A stretch of DNA of 25,115 bases from a virus (Duplodnaviria > Caudoviricetes), in IMG/VR virus record IMGVR_UViG_3300045526_000194, positions 1-25,115 of that record; one strand, 5' to 3'. Positions 1-9,800 of the stretch are shown piece by piece. A program made the position numbers and the translations under genes. The notes below the pieces were generated by a model. That model made no database searches. It was not told the origin of the DNA and saw only the letters and a program-made list of their open reading frames with translations. Position 1 is the first letter of the stretch; every line of letters starts with the position of its first letter.

Positions 1-526
1 TGGACGGCAACTGTATTACTGTATTGTAGGCTCTGTTCATGTCTGGAACTTCTGAGCCACCATTTTCGTCAAAGTACACCGTATAATTTGAAACTGTCCA
101 TACCGCAGTAAAGGTTAACGTTCCATTAATTGTCCAAGACTGTCCAGCGTTAACGCTATACAGTAAATCTCCAGCAGACGGGTTTCTCCAGTAGCTAAAA
201 GTGTATCCAGATCTTGTTGGTGTTGGTGCGGTTATAACTTGACCCCAAGTTCCGTCAGTTGATGTGGGTGAAACGCTTCCTCCATTTGCGTTCCAGCTTA
301 CGGTGTAATTTATTGCAGTATATTGTGCATAAAGAGTTATATCAGACGGTGGCTGATAAGTATCATTTGCGTTTCCGACAAAAGTTCCTCCAGTTGCAGC
401 GGTGTACCAGCCATTGAAAGTATGATATGTCTTATCCGCACTAGGAAGATTTATTGATGAACCAACATTTACAATATCAGTATTTCTTCCTGCAGTTCCA
501 GTGTTTCCATTATAAGTTATTGTATA
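1..526 (-). repeat. Tandem Listeria-Bacteroides (InlB B-type / Flg_new) protein repeats: two complete plus one partial, about 73 aa each
   Basis: Units start YTITYNGNTG (526), YTVSWNANGG (307) and YTVYFDENGG (85). The complete ones contain (H/Y)TF.(G/Y)W and end TLYAQY / TFTAVW, matching the family consensus. Confidence 0.85.
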
Positions 527-2479
527 GGTTGGTTCTGTAATTGGACCAATTGAAGTTTCTGTATATTTTTTATCACTTGTAGTTCCATTAAATGCAATAA
601 CATATCCACTTATTGTATTTGTCGTTGTTGTTGTAAAGGTATGATCGTAATTTGTGTCTGTCGTAAAAGAATAAGATGATGGATACACAGCTAATTCATT
701 TCCATATTGATCATTTTTTTCAAGGACAAATCTAAATTTGTCAGGTTGATTTGACCAAGTTCCGCTTGTTAGCCTATAAACAGATCCCTTTTTGTTTGGC
801 TGTCCACTAATTAATTGAAATTGTGGAGCAGTTAAATTGACTGGTTTTGCTAAAATTGAAACAGAATTTGAAACTTCTGACCATGGGCTCCAAATTGTTC
901 CTCCTACTGACTGAGAAACATAAAACCTATATTGATTTCCTGGAGAAGGAACCATATTGTTTTTATCTTTATTGCTCGGTCCCCATGTCCATCCTGAAGT
1001 AGTTAATTCTTTGTCATATGTAGAATCTGCTCCGCCGCCTGGTGGGAAAATAGAAGTTGACCAATACACTCTCCATTTTGTTGCATTTGGATGTGCATTC
1101 CAATATATTAAAATATTTGGCTCTGTGTAGGATCCAGTAACTCCAGTTGGTTTTGGTAAGGATATTGGTCCGATTATTGAGTTACTAGAGTATATTGAAT
1201 TTTTTGCTTGACCACTAATATTTTTTGCTAGAACAGAACCTTGTATTCCAGACTGATTTTCAGATAATATAGTATATTCATAGTAATCGTCTGCCGTAAA
1301 AGTTGTAAGCGAAGGATGTGTAACAAGTACGGTGCCAGCTGCATTAATTCTTTCTATAGAATATCTATATTGATTTGGTCCATTAGACCAAGTACCGCTA
1401 TTTAGTCTATATACTGAATCTACGCAAGAAGGATCTCCGCTAATCAGTTCAAAATTTGGAGGAACTTCATTTTCTGGCAAACTTGCTAAAGTTGTAAAAT
1501 TAACTTCTTCATAATAAATGGTTCTGTCTGATATAATCGGTTTATCTTTGTAACCATCTTTTCCTGTAACAGATAATTCCGCTGTATATTCTGTATCTGG
1601 CTGTAGAAGCGTACTTGTATACGGATACAAAACAGTGTTTTGATATGCATATAAGGATATGTTGCTTGAATCTAATGTTACTGTTTCTATAACATTTTCT
1701 TTTAAAATATCTGTAGCTAAATAAATTTTTATTATGTGTGACTCTATATCAGAAGATGCATTAATCGTTCCATTATTAGGTAAAGCATCTAGTGCCCAAG
1801 AAAAAGTTACTCCATCAGCCTGTTCTGTATCTGCTAATGTTGCAAAACTAGATATTTGAAAATCTAATCTTGGTTGAATTCCTGAATGAGAAGCATACCC
1901 TGTTGGACCATAATAATATTCACTTACTTCACCTGGTGGGTTTTCTGCTTCAATTGCAATTCTAAACCAGTATCCTTCTTTTGTATCGGCTTTTGATATG
2001 ACTGGCCTATTTGAAATTGTAGCTGGGAAAAGATCATAATCGTCCGATTCTAAATATTCAGTATATGTTTTTGTGTAAATGCTGCCATCTGTTGGCCATA
2101 TTGTTGTCCAATCTCCACTAGACCCTAATCTTTTTTGAATTCTTATTTTAAACTTATTTGGCTCTTCAGTCCAGCCACCTCTTTGTGCCGCAATTGAAGA
2201 TCCATTTATTGGAGAATCAAATGTTTCAAATCCGTCTGGCCATCTAAATAATAGATCTGGGTAAGGAGATCTTGGGCCTGGAATAGATAATCCACTAAAT
2301 ATTCTTGTCCATATTCCACTACCTTCGTGTCTCCACGCACTTTTTAGTTTTACCCATCCATCAACAGATACACTATTTTCTCCAGGTCCGTTTTTACGCC
2401 ATATGCTTTTAATCTTAATCCAACCATTTATATTATGGGTTCCTGTATCTGTAGGGCTTGCTTTCCTCCACCAGCTCAT
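1..2479 (-). CDS. Large Ig-like/FN3/InlB B-repeat tail adhesin or receptor-binding protein, 3'-truncated by window edge (>826 aa); absent from the ORF track
   Basis: Hand translation from ATG at 2479 (MSWWRKASPTDTGTHNINGWIKIKSIWRK...) stays open to position 1 (...YNTVIQLPS). Contains FN3 signatures (LQPDTEYTAELSV; PGNQYRFYVS...WSPWSE), two copies of an Ig-like unit (ISG..VYRL.SGTWSN.P) and B-repeats (YTVSWNANGG...PTRSGYTFSYW...TFTAVW). Confidence 0.92.
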   Translation of the reverse strand, partial: MSWWRKASPTDTGTHNINGWIKIKSIWRKNGPGENSVSVDGWVKLKSAWRHEGSGIWTRIFSGLSIPGPRSPYPDLLFRWPDGFETFDSPINGSSIAAQRGGWTEEPNKFKIRIQKRLGSSGDWTTIWPTDGSIYTKTYTEYLESDDYDLFPATISNRPVISKADTKEGYWFRIAIEAENPPGEVSEYYYGPTGYASHSGIQPRLDFQISSFATLADTEQADGVTFSWALDALPNNGTINASSDIESHIIKIYLATDILKENVIETVTLDSSNISLYAYQNTVLYPYTSTLLQPDTEYTAELSVTGKDGYKDKPIISDRTIYYEEVNFTTLASLPENEVPPNFELISGDPSCVDSVYRLNSGTWSNGPNQYRYSIERINAAGTVLVTHPSLTTFTADDYYEYTILSENQSGIQGSVLAKNISGQAKNSIYSSNSIIGPISLPKPTGVTGSYTEPNILIYWNAHPNATKWRVYWSTSIFPPGGGADSTYDKELTTSGWTWGPSNKDKNNMVPSPGNQYRFYVSQSVGGTIWSPWSEVSNSVSILAKPVNLTAPQFQLISGQPNKKGSVYRLTSGTWSNQPDKFRFVLEKNDQYGNELAVYPSSYSFTTDTNYDHTFTTTTTNTISGYVIAFNGTTSDKKYTETSIGPITEPTYTITYNGNTGTAGRNTDIVNVGSSINLPSADKTYHTFNGWYTAATGGTFVGNANDTYQPPSDITLYAQYTAINYTVSWNANGGSVSPTSTDGTWGQVITAPTPTRSGYTFSYWRNPSAGDLLYSVNAGQSWTINGTLTFTAVWTVSNYTVYFDENGGSEVPDMNRAYNTVIQLPS

Positions 2480-5400
2480 TTATGCCTTCCTACTTAATAT
2501 AACGTCTCCGATATCAAATGCTCCAGTGCCTTGTTCTCCTCCAGAAAATTGACTTCTATCAGTTTTACCATCTGGATAATTATTTCCAGCATAAAAAAAT
2601 GCACGTCCTAAAGTTATTTCTCCAGTATCTGCATCTTGAACTAGTGTTTTATCTCCAGCAGTTCCATCTCCATTAGCAATAGCATTCAGATACAATTTAA
2701 ATTGTGATGGTCCTAACTTATTTGGATTTACAGTAAGCACATTATTCTCATATGTCATTAACCCACCAGCAAGTCTAAACGAACCAGAACTTTTTGTAGT
2801 ATTTCCAATAGTAGAACTTTTTCCTAATAAATAATCTGAGTCAAAAGATTCAGAAGAACCTAAAAATACATTAGAAGCTACTAAATCTGTCTGCACATTA
2901 AATGTTCCATTTAGGTTTTCTGGTGTAGGAGTGGAGTATGTTAGTTTGCCACCAGCTAATCTGAAAGCTCCAGATGAAGATATATAATCAACATTTCCTG
3001 GGTTTCCACTTCCTGAACTTGGATATGTAGTATACCATAAATCTGGATTCATAAAAAACATATTAGACCCAACAATATTTCCGCCAGCAATTGTTCCTTG
3101 CAAACCGTCTAGTTTAATTTTTACATCATTAAATTGATTTGAAAACGATTGTAAAAATTTACCATTTATTTTCCATCCCTCAGTAATTGTTTTTGTTGTT
3201 GTACTGTATTCTCCAAAATATCCAGCTCTAGCTTCTATTGATCCATATAATGTTGCTTCTTTTGCTATTAGTGACCCGCTATATGTTACTGAAAAATTTG
3301 GACCTGGATTTCCAGTTCTAGATGTTCCAGCCCAAATCATAATATCATTTGCTTGAGGTGTTCCAGTTGGAGCATAAAATCCTACATTTCCAGCTTTGTT
3401 TATGGAATTAGAGTCTATGGTCCAGCCAGCTATTGTTCCTTTATTTGCAATAATTCCGCTTACTGGATCAAGTTGCACATACTTTCCATTAGCTCCTGTT
3501 ATCTGTATCCCAGAAAAACCAAGCAATGGGTTATTTATATCTCCACTTGTATATTTTCCAATTTCAACCTTAGATCCATTTGCGGCATCAATTAATAATT
3601 GTCCTGAATATGTCACTCCGTCTATAGTTCCGCCTATTTCAACATTGCCCAATATTCCAGACGCTGCTTTAATTTCTCCAGATAATTTAACATTTGTAGC
3701 TTCAAGGTCTCCTTGAGTGTTTACTTTAAATTTAGATCCTACTTGTATTTCTCCGCCTAAAACTTTTATATTTCTAGCTATTACAGAGCCTTCTTTAGTT
3801 ACTGAAAACTTTGCATCTTCATTAGCATTAAGTGAATATCCTCCAGCTACACCTCCTCCTGCCCAAAATGCATAGGTGCCGTTTGGTGATAATCCCGTGT
3901 AAGATCCTGTTGTAGCATTTAAAGTATTTTCTATTTTACTATCAGATATAACCCAATTAGCAATCTTAGCCTTTTTTGTTATAAATGTCGCAGTTACTCC
4001 ATTGTCTTCGCCAATAATCTGTGTAGTAGGATTTAATCCATTTTCATCGTTATTATCATACAAGAAGAATCCACGCTTATTAAATACTGCCCTAGCTCCA
4101 GTTAAAACTGGTTCATCATTTGAATCAAGAGTGCCAGCAAAAATAGAACCGTCTGTTTTAATTTTAATTGGATTTTCTATAATTGACATGGCGCCAACAT
4201 CTATTATGCCAACTTTTTGTGCTGCAGACATTGATGCGTTTCCGTCTTCTGATGTCCATTCAGCTTTTACCCAAACATCGTTGCCAGCATTCTGCTCATC
4301 ATAAACTATTACTGGACTAGATTTTGATGAAGCCACTAAAGAATATGTTCCATTTTCTGAAGAGCTTTGATAAACTTTTATTCCTGTTGCTTTTGAGTCT
4401 AGGTTAGAGGAAACTACATAACCATTAGCCATAGCGGTAACAGATATAATTGTTGTTTTGCCATCTAGAGGATTTGGTTTTGTTATAGAAGCTATATTGG
4501 ATATGTTTACCTGAGTAGTATTTTCATTTCTATAAATATCTAAATCTGTTACATATCCTGCAGTAAAAGAAGATGGGCTAAATCCAAACCCGTCTATAAA
4601 TTCAGTTCTAGAGATTTTGACTGAGGTGTTTGCTGAAGCGGACACTCCAGAAACTGTTTTTTCAAAATATTCTGTAGAGCCAGAAGAAGATAAGTGTACC
4701 TTTACATATGTGGGTATGTTTTGTGCAGGCATTGTAAATGAAACAATTAAATCTGTTCCGCTCCATGCTACAGACGGATTTATTATTGGATCTGGTGGCG
4801 TATTGTCAAACTCATATGGGTCAAAAGCTTTTCCTTCTACCACTGGGGAGCTTACAGACTCGCAGCCAGAATCAGATAAGTGATTTAATTTTACATATAC
4901 GGTGTTTAATGTATCTAATGTTATTGACGCAGGACCGTTTCCAGTATATCTTAGTTCCCAGGAATATGGGTTATTGGTTTCTGAAACATAAACTCTGGTT
5001 TCTCTATAAGTTCCATAGTTAGTTGCTGGATCCTGCCAAGAAACTAAAATTCCATTATTTGCACTAATTACAGTTGGCGTCAATCCAGTTGCAGTACATA
5101 TTGGGTCCACATAAACAGGTATATTAAATAAACAATCGTCTGATGATCCGTCTCCATATATACTTGTTATTTTTCCAGTCAATACTGTTTGGAAACTTCC
5201 TCCAAAGTTTGCCATATTGTCTGGCTGAGAAAGTTGCCACCTATACTGATTAACATCTTCTTTAACAGCAAGCGTTGAGAAAATAGGTTCCTCACCCACA
5301 GCAGATACAGTTAATTGAAATAATTTAATTCTATTATCACGTGTCACTCCGTCTGATAAAAACGGCTTTTCAAATGATATGTTTAAATTAGCGTTTGCAT

Positions 5401-5620
5401 CCCATGTTGCTGATACATTTATTGGACATGTTCTACGAGGTGCTGGAGTTGTAAATTCAAAAAAGTCGGAAAACTCGCTATTGCCTTTTTGTTTATCTGC
5501 ATAGACCCAAGCAAATTGAGCCGCATAGTTTGTATTTGGATCTAACGCAGGAACTACTATATCCCAGTATTCGCCGTCTTGTTTTTGAGTAATTCCTAAG
5601 TCTTGATTTTTTTCTGCCAC
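2480..5620 (-). CDS. Tail fibre / central fibre-like minor tail protein (N-terminal FN3/Ig-like domains, C-terminal Gly-rich beta repeats)
   Basis: 1046 aa, GTG start with GGAG 6 nt upstream. LDPNTNY and other FN3-like motifs in the first ~470 aa, then GxIxA / IAGWTI / WAG...FSVT repeats typical of beta-stranded fibre shafts. Lies downstream of the tail-tip genes. Confidence 0.8.
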   Translation of the reverse strand: MAEKNQDLGITQKQDGEYWDIVVPALDPNTNYAAQFAWVYADKQKGNSEFSDFFEFTTPAPRRTCPINVSATWDANANLNISFEKPFLSDGVTRDNRIKLFQLTVSAVGEEPIFSTLAVKEDVNQYRWQLSQPDNMANFGGSFQTVLTGKITSIYGDGSSDDCLFNIPVYVDPICTATGLTPTVISANNGILVSWQDPATNYGTYRETRVYVSETNNPYSWELRYTGNGPASITLDTLNTVYVKLNHLSDSGCESVSSPVVEGKAFDPYEFDNTPPDPIINPSVAWSGTDLIVSFTMPAQNIPTYVKVHLSSSGSTEYFEKTVSGVSASANTSVKISRTEFIDGFGFSPSSFTAGYVTDLDIYRNENTTQVNISNIASITKPNPLDGKTTIISVTAMANGYVVSSNLDSKATGIKVYQSSSENGTYSLVASSKSSPVIVYDEQNAGNDVWVKAEWTSEDGNASMSAAQKVGIIDVGAMSIIENPIKIKTDGSIFAGTLDSNDEPVLTGARAVFNKRGFFLYDNNDENGLNPTTQIIGEDNGVTATFITKKAKIANWVISDSKIENTLNATTGSYTGLSPNGTYAFWAGGGVAGGYSLNANEDAKFSVTKEGSVIARNIKVLGGEIQVGSKFKVNTQGDLEATNVKLSGEIKAASGILGNVEIGGTIDGVTYSGQLLIDAANGSKVEIGKYTSGDINNPLLGFSGIQITGANGKYVQLDPVSGIIANKGTIAGWTIDSNSINKAGNVGFYAPTGTPQANDIMIWAGTSRTGNPGPNFSVTYSGSLIAKEATLYGSIEARAGYFGEYSTTTKTITEGWKINGKFLQSFSNQFNDVKIKLDGLQGTIAGGNIVGSNMFFMNPDLWYTTYPSSGSGNPGNVDYISSSGAFRLAGGKLTYSTPTPENLNGTFNVQTDLVASNVFLGSSESFDSDYLLGKSSTIGNTTKSSGSFRLAGGLMTYENNVLTVNPNKLGPSQFKLYLNAIANGDGTAGDKTLVQDADTGEITLGRAFFYAGNNYPDGKTDRSQFSGGEQGTGAFDIGDVILSRKA

Positions 5621-5621
5621 A

Positions 5622-6530
5622 TTAATCTCCGAATGACAGGTCTAATTTAAATTCTATTTGTGACTCCCTGCCTAAAACCTTTGTTATTTCGGCTGGCAAA
5701 ATTGATCTTGCAATTAGTCCATATGTTGGATCAAATGTGTCTTCATCATTTATTCTTATTGCATCTGCTCTTACTCTGGCTACTTCTGCTCCGCTTCCAC
5801 CAGTTAAAACAAATCCCATCTTATTTATATTTTGAATGTTCGGGGACCCGTATGCTGTTCCTGTAGAAAACGGTTTTTCAATTATAAAGTTTCCAGTACC
5901 AGACGTACTAAAATCAAATTCATAATAATTATTATCTGAGCTGTAAAATTTTATTTTAATACTAGAGTTATTAATTGATGGAGCAGAAAAAGCAAATGTT
6001 ATTGAATCTTGCTGGCTATATCCAGATAAGTCTAATGACACTGGGGTTGTCCATTCTAAAGTAGAATTTGGAAGGCAGATAAAATTCAATCCACTATCTC
6101 CAGCTCCAACTCTATATATCGCTGCTTCTGGATCGTATGATGGAGTTGTAATTGTATTGCCGCTTACAACTACATCATGTGTTGTCCAATCATAGGGAAG
6201 CTCAAAATTATATAAAAGTTTACTATCAAAATAATTTTTAGAGCTTCTTTCTCCAGGATATAATCCAACTTCATTTATTTTTCCTGCAACATTTGTAGGT
6301 ATTGTTGCTGAATATATAACTGTATATTTAGTAGGGGTAACTGAAGCATCTATATCTATTCCGCCAGCCCTTGCGGGAATTCTATAAAATTCAAATCCTA
6401 GTCTAGAGTTTGTATCTGATAAAGGATATTCAGTATTGTTTGCAATACCTATTGCAATTTCCTTATTAGAGAAAGATGTATTCCCAGCAATAAAATTTGT
6501 TAAAAACCTTTTTCCAAACTTTGTTATCAA
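5622..6530 (-). CDS. Minor tail protein, collar/fibre-anchor-like fold with inserted carbohydrate-binding-like beta-sandwich
   Basis: 302 aa, TTG start overlapping the upstream TGA, with GGAGG SD. N-terminal ITxxG...IAIG...LxxExxR...INEVGL and C-terminal LIARS...ITK...IEFKL resemble the tail-collar fibre N-terminal (DUF3751-like) pattern. Recognised by eye. Confidence 0.6.
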   Translation of the reverse strand: MITKFGKRFLTNFIAGNTSFSNKEIAIGIANNTEYPLSDTNSRLGFEFYRIPARAGGIDIDASVTPTKYTVIYSATIPTNVAGKINEVGLYPGERSSKNYFDSKLLYNFELPYDWTTHDVVVSGNTITTPSYDPEAAIYRVGAGDSGLNFICLPNSTLEWTTPVSLDLSGYSQQDSITFAFSAPSINNSSIKIKFYSSDNNYYEFDFSTSGTGNFIIEKPFSTGTAYGSPNIQNINKMGFVLTGGSGAEVARVRADAIRINDEDTFDPTYGLIARSILPAEITKVLGRESQIEFKLDLSFGD

Positions 6531-6871
6531 GATCTTCCTCCCTGTGTATCAGATAAAGTAATTGCTACTAAAAATTTTTCTAAATCTTCTCCGCTTGAAT
6601 TATAGACTCTAAATTTTGCTTTATATTTTTGCATCTTACTAGAGTCTTCATATTCTTCAAAACCTACTAACTGTATATCACTAAGTTGTGGTCTATTTCC
6701 TGGTGGCGGTGGTGGCGGTGGTGGAGGATTGTCTCCTCCTCCAGCGTTTCCAAACGGGAATGATCCTGTTGCTCCCTTTAACTGCTCTGCGCTTTTTGCC
6801 TTCCAGACGTCAGCTAATAATTGATCTTCATCATCAATTATTGGTGCGAGTTTTCCTGCCTCTATTCCCAT
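6527..6871 (-). CDS. Small hypothetical tail-region protein with Gly/poly-Pro linker
   Basis: 114-aa ORF filling the gap between two tail genes. Its stop overlaps the next start (TTGA), and an extended -10 element lies just upstream. Confidence 0.8.
   Translation of the reverse strand: MGIEAGKLAPIIDDEDQLLADVWKAKSAEQLKGATGSFPFGNAGGGDNPPPPPPPPPGNRPQLSDIQLVGFEEYEDSSKMQKYKAKFRVYNSSGEDLEKFLVAITLSDTQGGRS
6701..6727 (-). repeat. Nine consecutive proline codons (CCT CCA CCA CCG CCA CCA CCG CCA CCA)
   Basis: Read directly; contains a 9-nt CCACCACCG periodicity. Confidence 0.95.
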
Positions 6872-6877
6872 TTATTT

Positions 6878-6886
6878 ATTATACCA
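6878..6886 (-). promoter_or_regulatory. Extended -10 promoter TGGTATAAT, positioned for a leaderless transcript
   Basis: Minus strand reads TGGTATAAT-AAATAA-ATG(6871) in the 23-nt intergenic gap. No SD before this ATG and no consensus -35 at 17 nt. Confidence 0.7.
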
Positions 6887-6894
6887 TTTGAGCG

Positions 6895-9800
6895 TCAAAT
6901 AGCTCTACACTCTATAGTGGTAGTTACCCCCTCATTATAATCTAAAAATACCCTAGTGATTATATATTTACCAGTTAATTCACTGATAGATTGTAAAGGA
7001 TAGTTTATAGTAACAACATCTCCTGGGGACAATAAAGGATTCCCAAAAATTTCCATTGAGACTAATCTGCCCTTATTTAAAATATTTGTTTTTATCCAAT
7101 TTGCTAAAGATTTAGCATCTGACTCTGATTGTATCCAATTTGTGTCAAATATAACTGGCTCAATATTACTGGAATCTGTTTCTGTTTTTGTGTCATAATC
7201 TATAGGGTTAGATCTAACAATGGTGTTACCATTTACATAAAAGCTAGATTGAATTCCATCGCTTAAAGGAATTGTTGTTGATGTGTTATTTAGCACATAT
7301 GTCTCAAATGAAAATGGCTGCAATCTTTGAGCTAAAACTGTTACATACTTATTGTTACCAGTTCTTACATAGTTTGGTATAGCTGGTCTGTCTGAATAAA
7401 CCGTTTTAACTTTTTTTATTTCTCTTGCAGTGCTGCCGAATTCTATTAAGGATCCTTTTTTAGAACTAATCGTTTCTCCTGCAGCATAAATTAAATCTCC
7501 ATGAAGTAGTGATAGGGTGTCATCTGAGTAAACACCAGAATAATTTAATGCTGATTTATTCGATAAATTATCATATTCAGGTTGAGATATATCTTTTGCA
7601 TAAAAATATTCAAAATACACCACACCTTGACCGCAATTGACTCCTGCGTATTTAGAAGGAGAAACTGGATTTATATCCAAATCTCCAGATTCAAAAAATA
7701 TATCCTGTGCATTCATTTTAAACCCATTTACAAAAACTGTTATTGTATTTTTATTAATCTCCTTTTTAATTAAAACATCAACATTATAAGCCATTCCAGA
7801 ATATATTCCTGCTAAAGTACTAAAGGTATTGTCTTGAGAATCTTTTAAAATTTTAATTCCAGTTTTAGATCCCACTTTCCATTGTTTGACAAGCATCAAA
7901 TCTTTTTTTAGCCCTGAAAATGCGGTGCTGCGTAAAATTAAATAATACCCGTACTTACCTTGTGGATCAGTAAATATTGCTAATCCTCCAGCTTGTTCTG
8001 GGCTTTCAAATTGACTATCAAAAAACATTCTAGTCCCAAAAGAAAAATAAGATTTGGAGGTATCTATTGAGTTAAATTGTTTTGTAGCTATGCTAAAAGA
8101 TGTTTTATCTTTATCTAAATTAGACAGAGACAGAAATGCTTTTGATACAGATTTTGTCATTGGGTTCACTGGAGCCTTGTAAGACCCGTCCTCTTTTTTA
8201 TATCCTTTATCTTGAGCTGTTACAATGTTCATCGTATTTAAATCAAACTTGTCTGGATCTGATCCTGGTGTAGAATTAATATAAGAAGAAGGAGATTTTG
8301 TATGAATTATTTTAGCGTTTTCTGTGGACAAAGCGCCTCTTGTTTTTATCTTGTATCTTCCAGTAGCAGTAAAATATTGTTCTGTTAAAGTATTTTTTTT
8401 AGATAAATTTTTATATTTTATTACATCGGTTTCTGATCTTATAATTACTGGAATTGGAGTATTTGATGATGAATTAATTGGAACATATTGATATTCAATT
8501 CCATCATATTCAATTATTTCATTATTCAAAAGTACGTATCCAGAAAAACTTCCTAGCAATTTGTTTGTTTGTGTAGTGTCAAAGGTGGTTGTTTCTAAAT
8601 TAAAATATTCATCGTTTAGTTGCAGGTCTTTAGAAAGAGCTCCTGCGCCCAACAATGCAGTATCTGAAGACCATAGAGGAGAGGCTGTGTTTTGTCCGCT
8701 ATAAATTGTTGGAACTGAATATCTAATTCTAACTTCATTAGCAGAAGACAACTCTTTAGATGTGTAAGATATTATGTTTGGAAGTATTGTAATTGAATTT
8801 TCTATCACTGGCTCACTAGTAAATTTCCAAACAGCATTCTTCGATGAGTCATAAAATTTATCTCTAGTATAAAAATTTAATATATTGTTTTCATCAAAGA
8901 AAGCATTTATTTGAAAATCTCTACACAGTGCTTGTAAACATTCCCATACTGTTTCCTCAGAATTTGTCCACCAATACGATAACGTAGGTATTGAATTGTC
9001 TACTATATCGTCCCCGTCTTTTTTTAAATTAATTTTATAAGTTGAAAATCCAACTGCATCTAAAATTCTTCTTATTGCTAAAACAATAGAGCCATCTTGT
9101 ATTAGAACTTCTGGACATAAAGTTTCTTGTAAAAATTTTGCTGAATCTAGATTTAAAATTTCAGCCTCTCCGAATTCTGTTATAGCCCAAGAATGCATAT
9201 AAAAGGTTCCTTGTTCTATTTTAGATATTGTTCCTTGATCAATAATATTAATATGTGGCTTTACAATTGCATTTTTAAACAAATATATTTTTTGATTATC
9301 TATATCAGAATTTCTGTTGTATTCTAAAATTACTTTTTCATCTTTTTTATATTTAGCCATAGACATTGACATTGAGTTAGATGTAATTGTTCCAATTGGT
9401 AAAAGAACACTTTCGTCAGATCCTGTTTCTTTAGTTATGGCGAAAGATTGTATGTCTGAACTAATATCTACAACCCATCTAGGGCTAAGCTCTAAAACTG
9501 CTATAAATTTACCAGAATTAGAGTTGACTGCCTCTAATGTTATTTTTTTAAATGTTTGTGTTTCTGTGTAAGATTGGGGCTCTAAATTAGACCATGCAGT
9601 TCCATTATAATAAATTATTGCTTCGCCATTATTGTTTAATGATGTACCAGAACTTAAAGTTATTTCTGAGTTATCAGATTTAACTGCTTTAAAGGTCCAA
9701 GATGTGGGGGTATCATGACCAACCTCAAATCTTGCAATAACTTTATTGCAAACAATTAACTTTGGCACTGTTTTTGCTTCGTCTTTAAAATACTCCAATG

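Noticed and set aside
2480-2482. Stop-codon reassignment (alternative genetic code)
   Set aside because: TAA, TAG and TGA all end genes at tight junctions, and the long ORFs are intact under the standard code.
1-5620. Diversity-generating retroelement target, invertible fibre cassette or CRISPR array
   Set aside because: Repeats are diverged at the protein level only. I saw no near-identical nucleotide repeat pair, reverse transcriptase, invertase or spacer-repeat array in the window.
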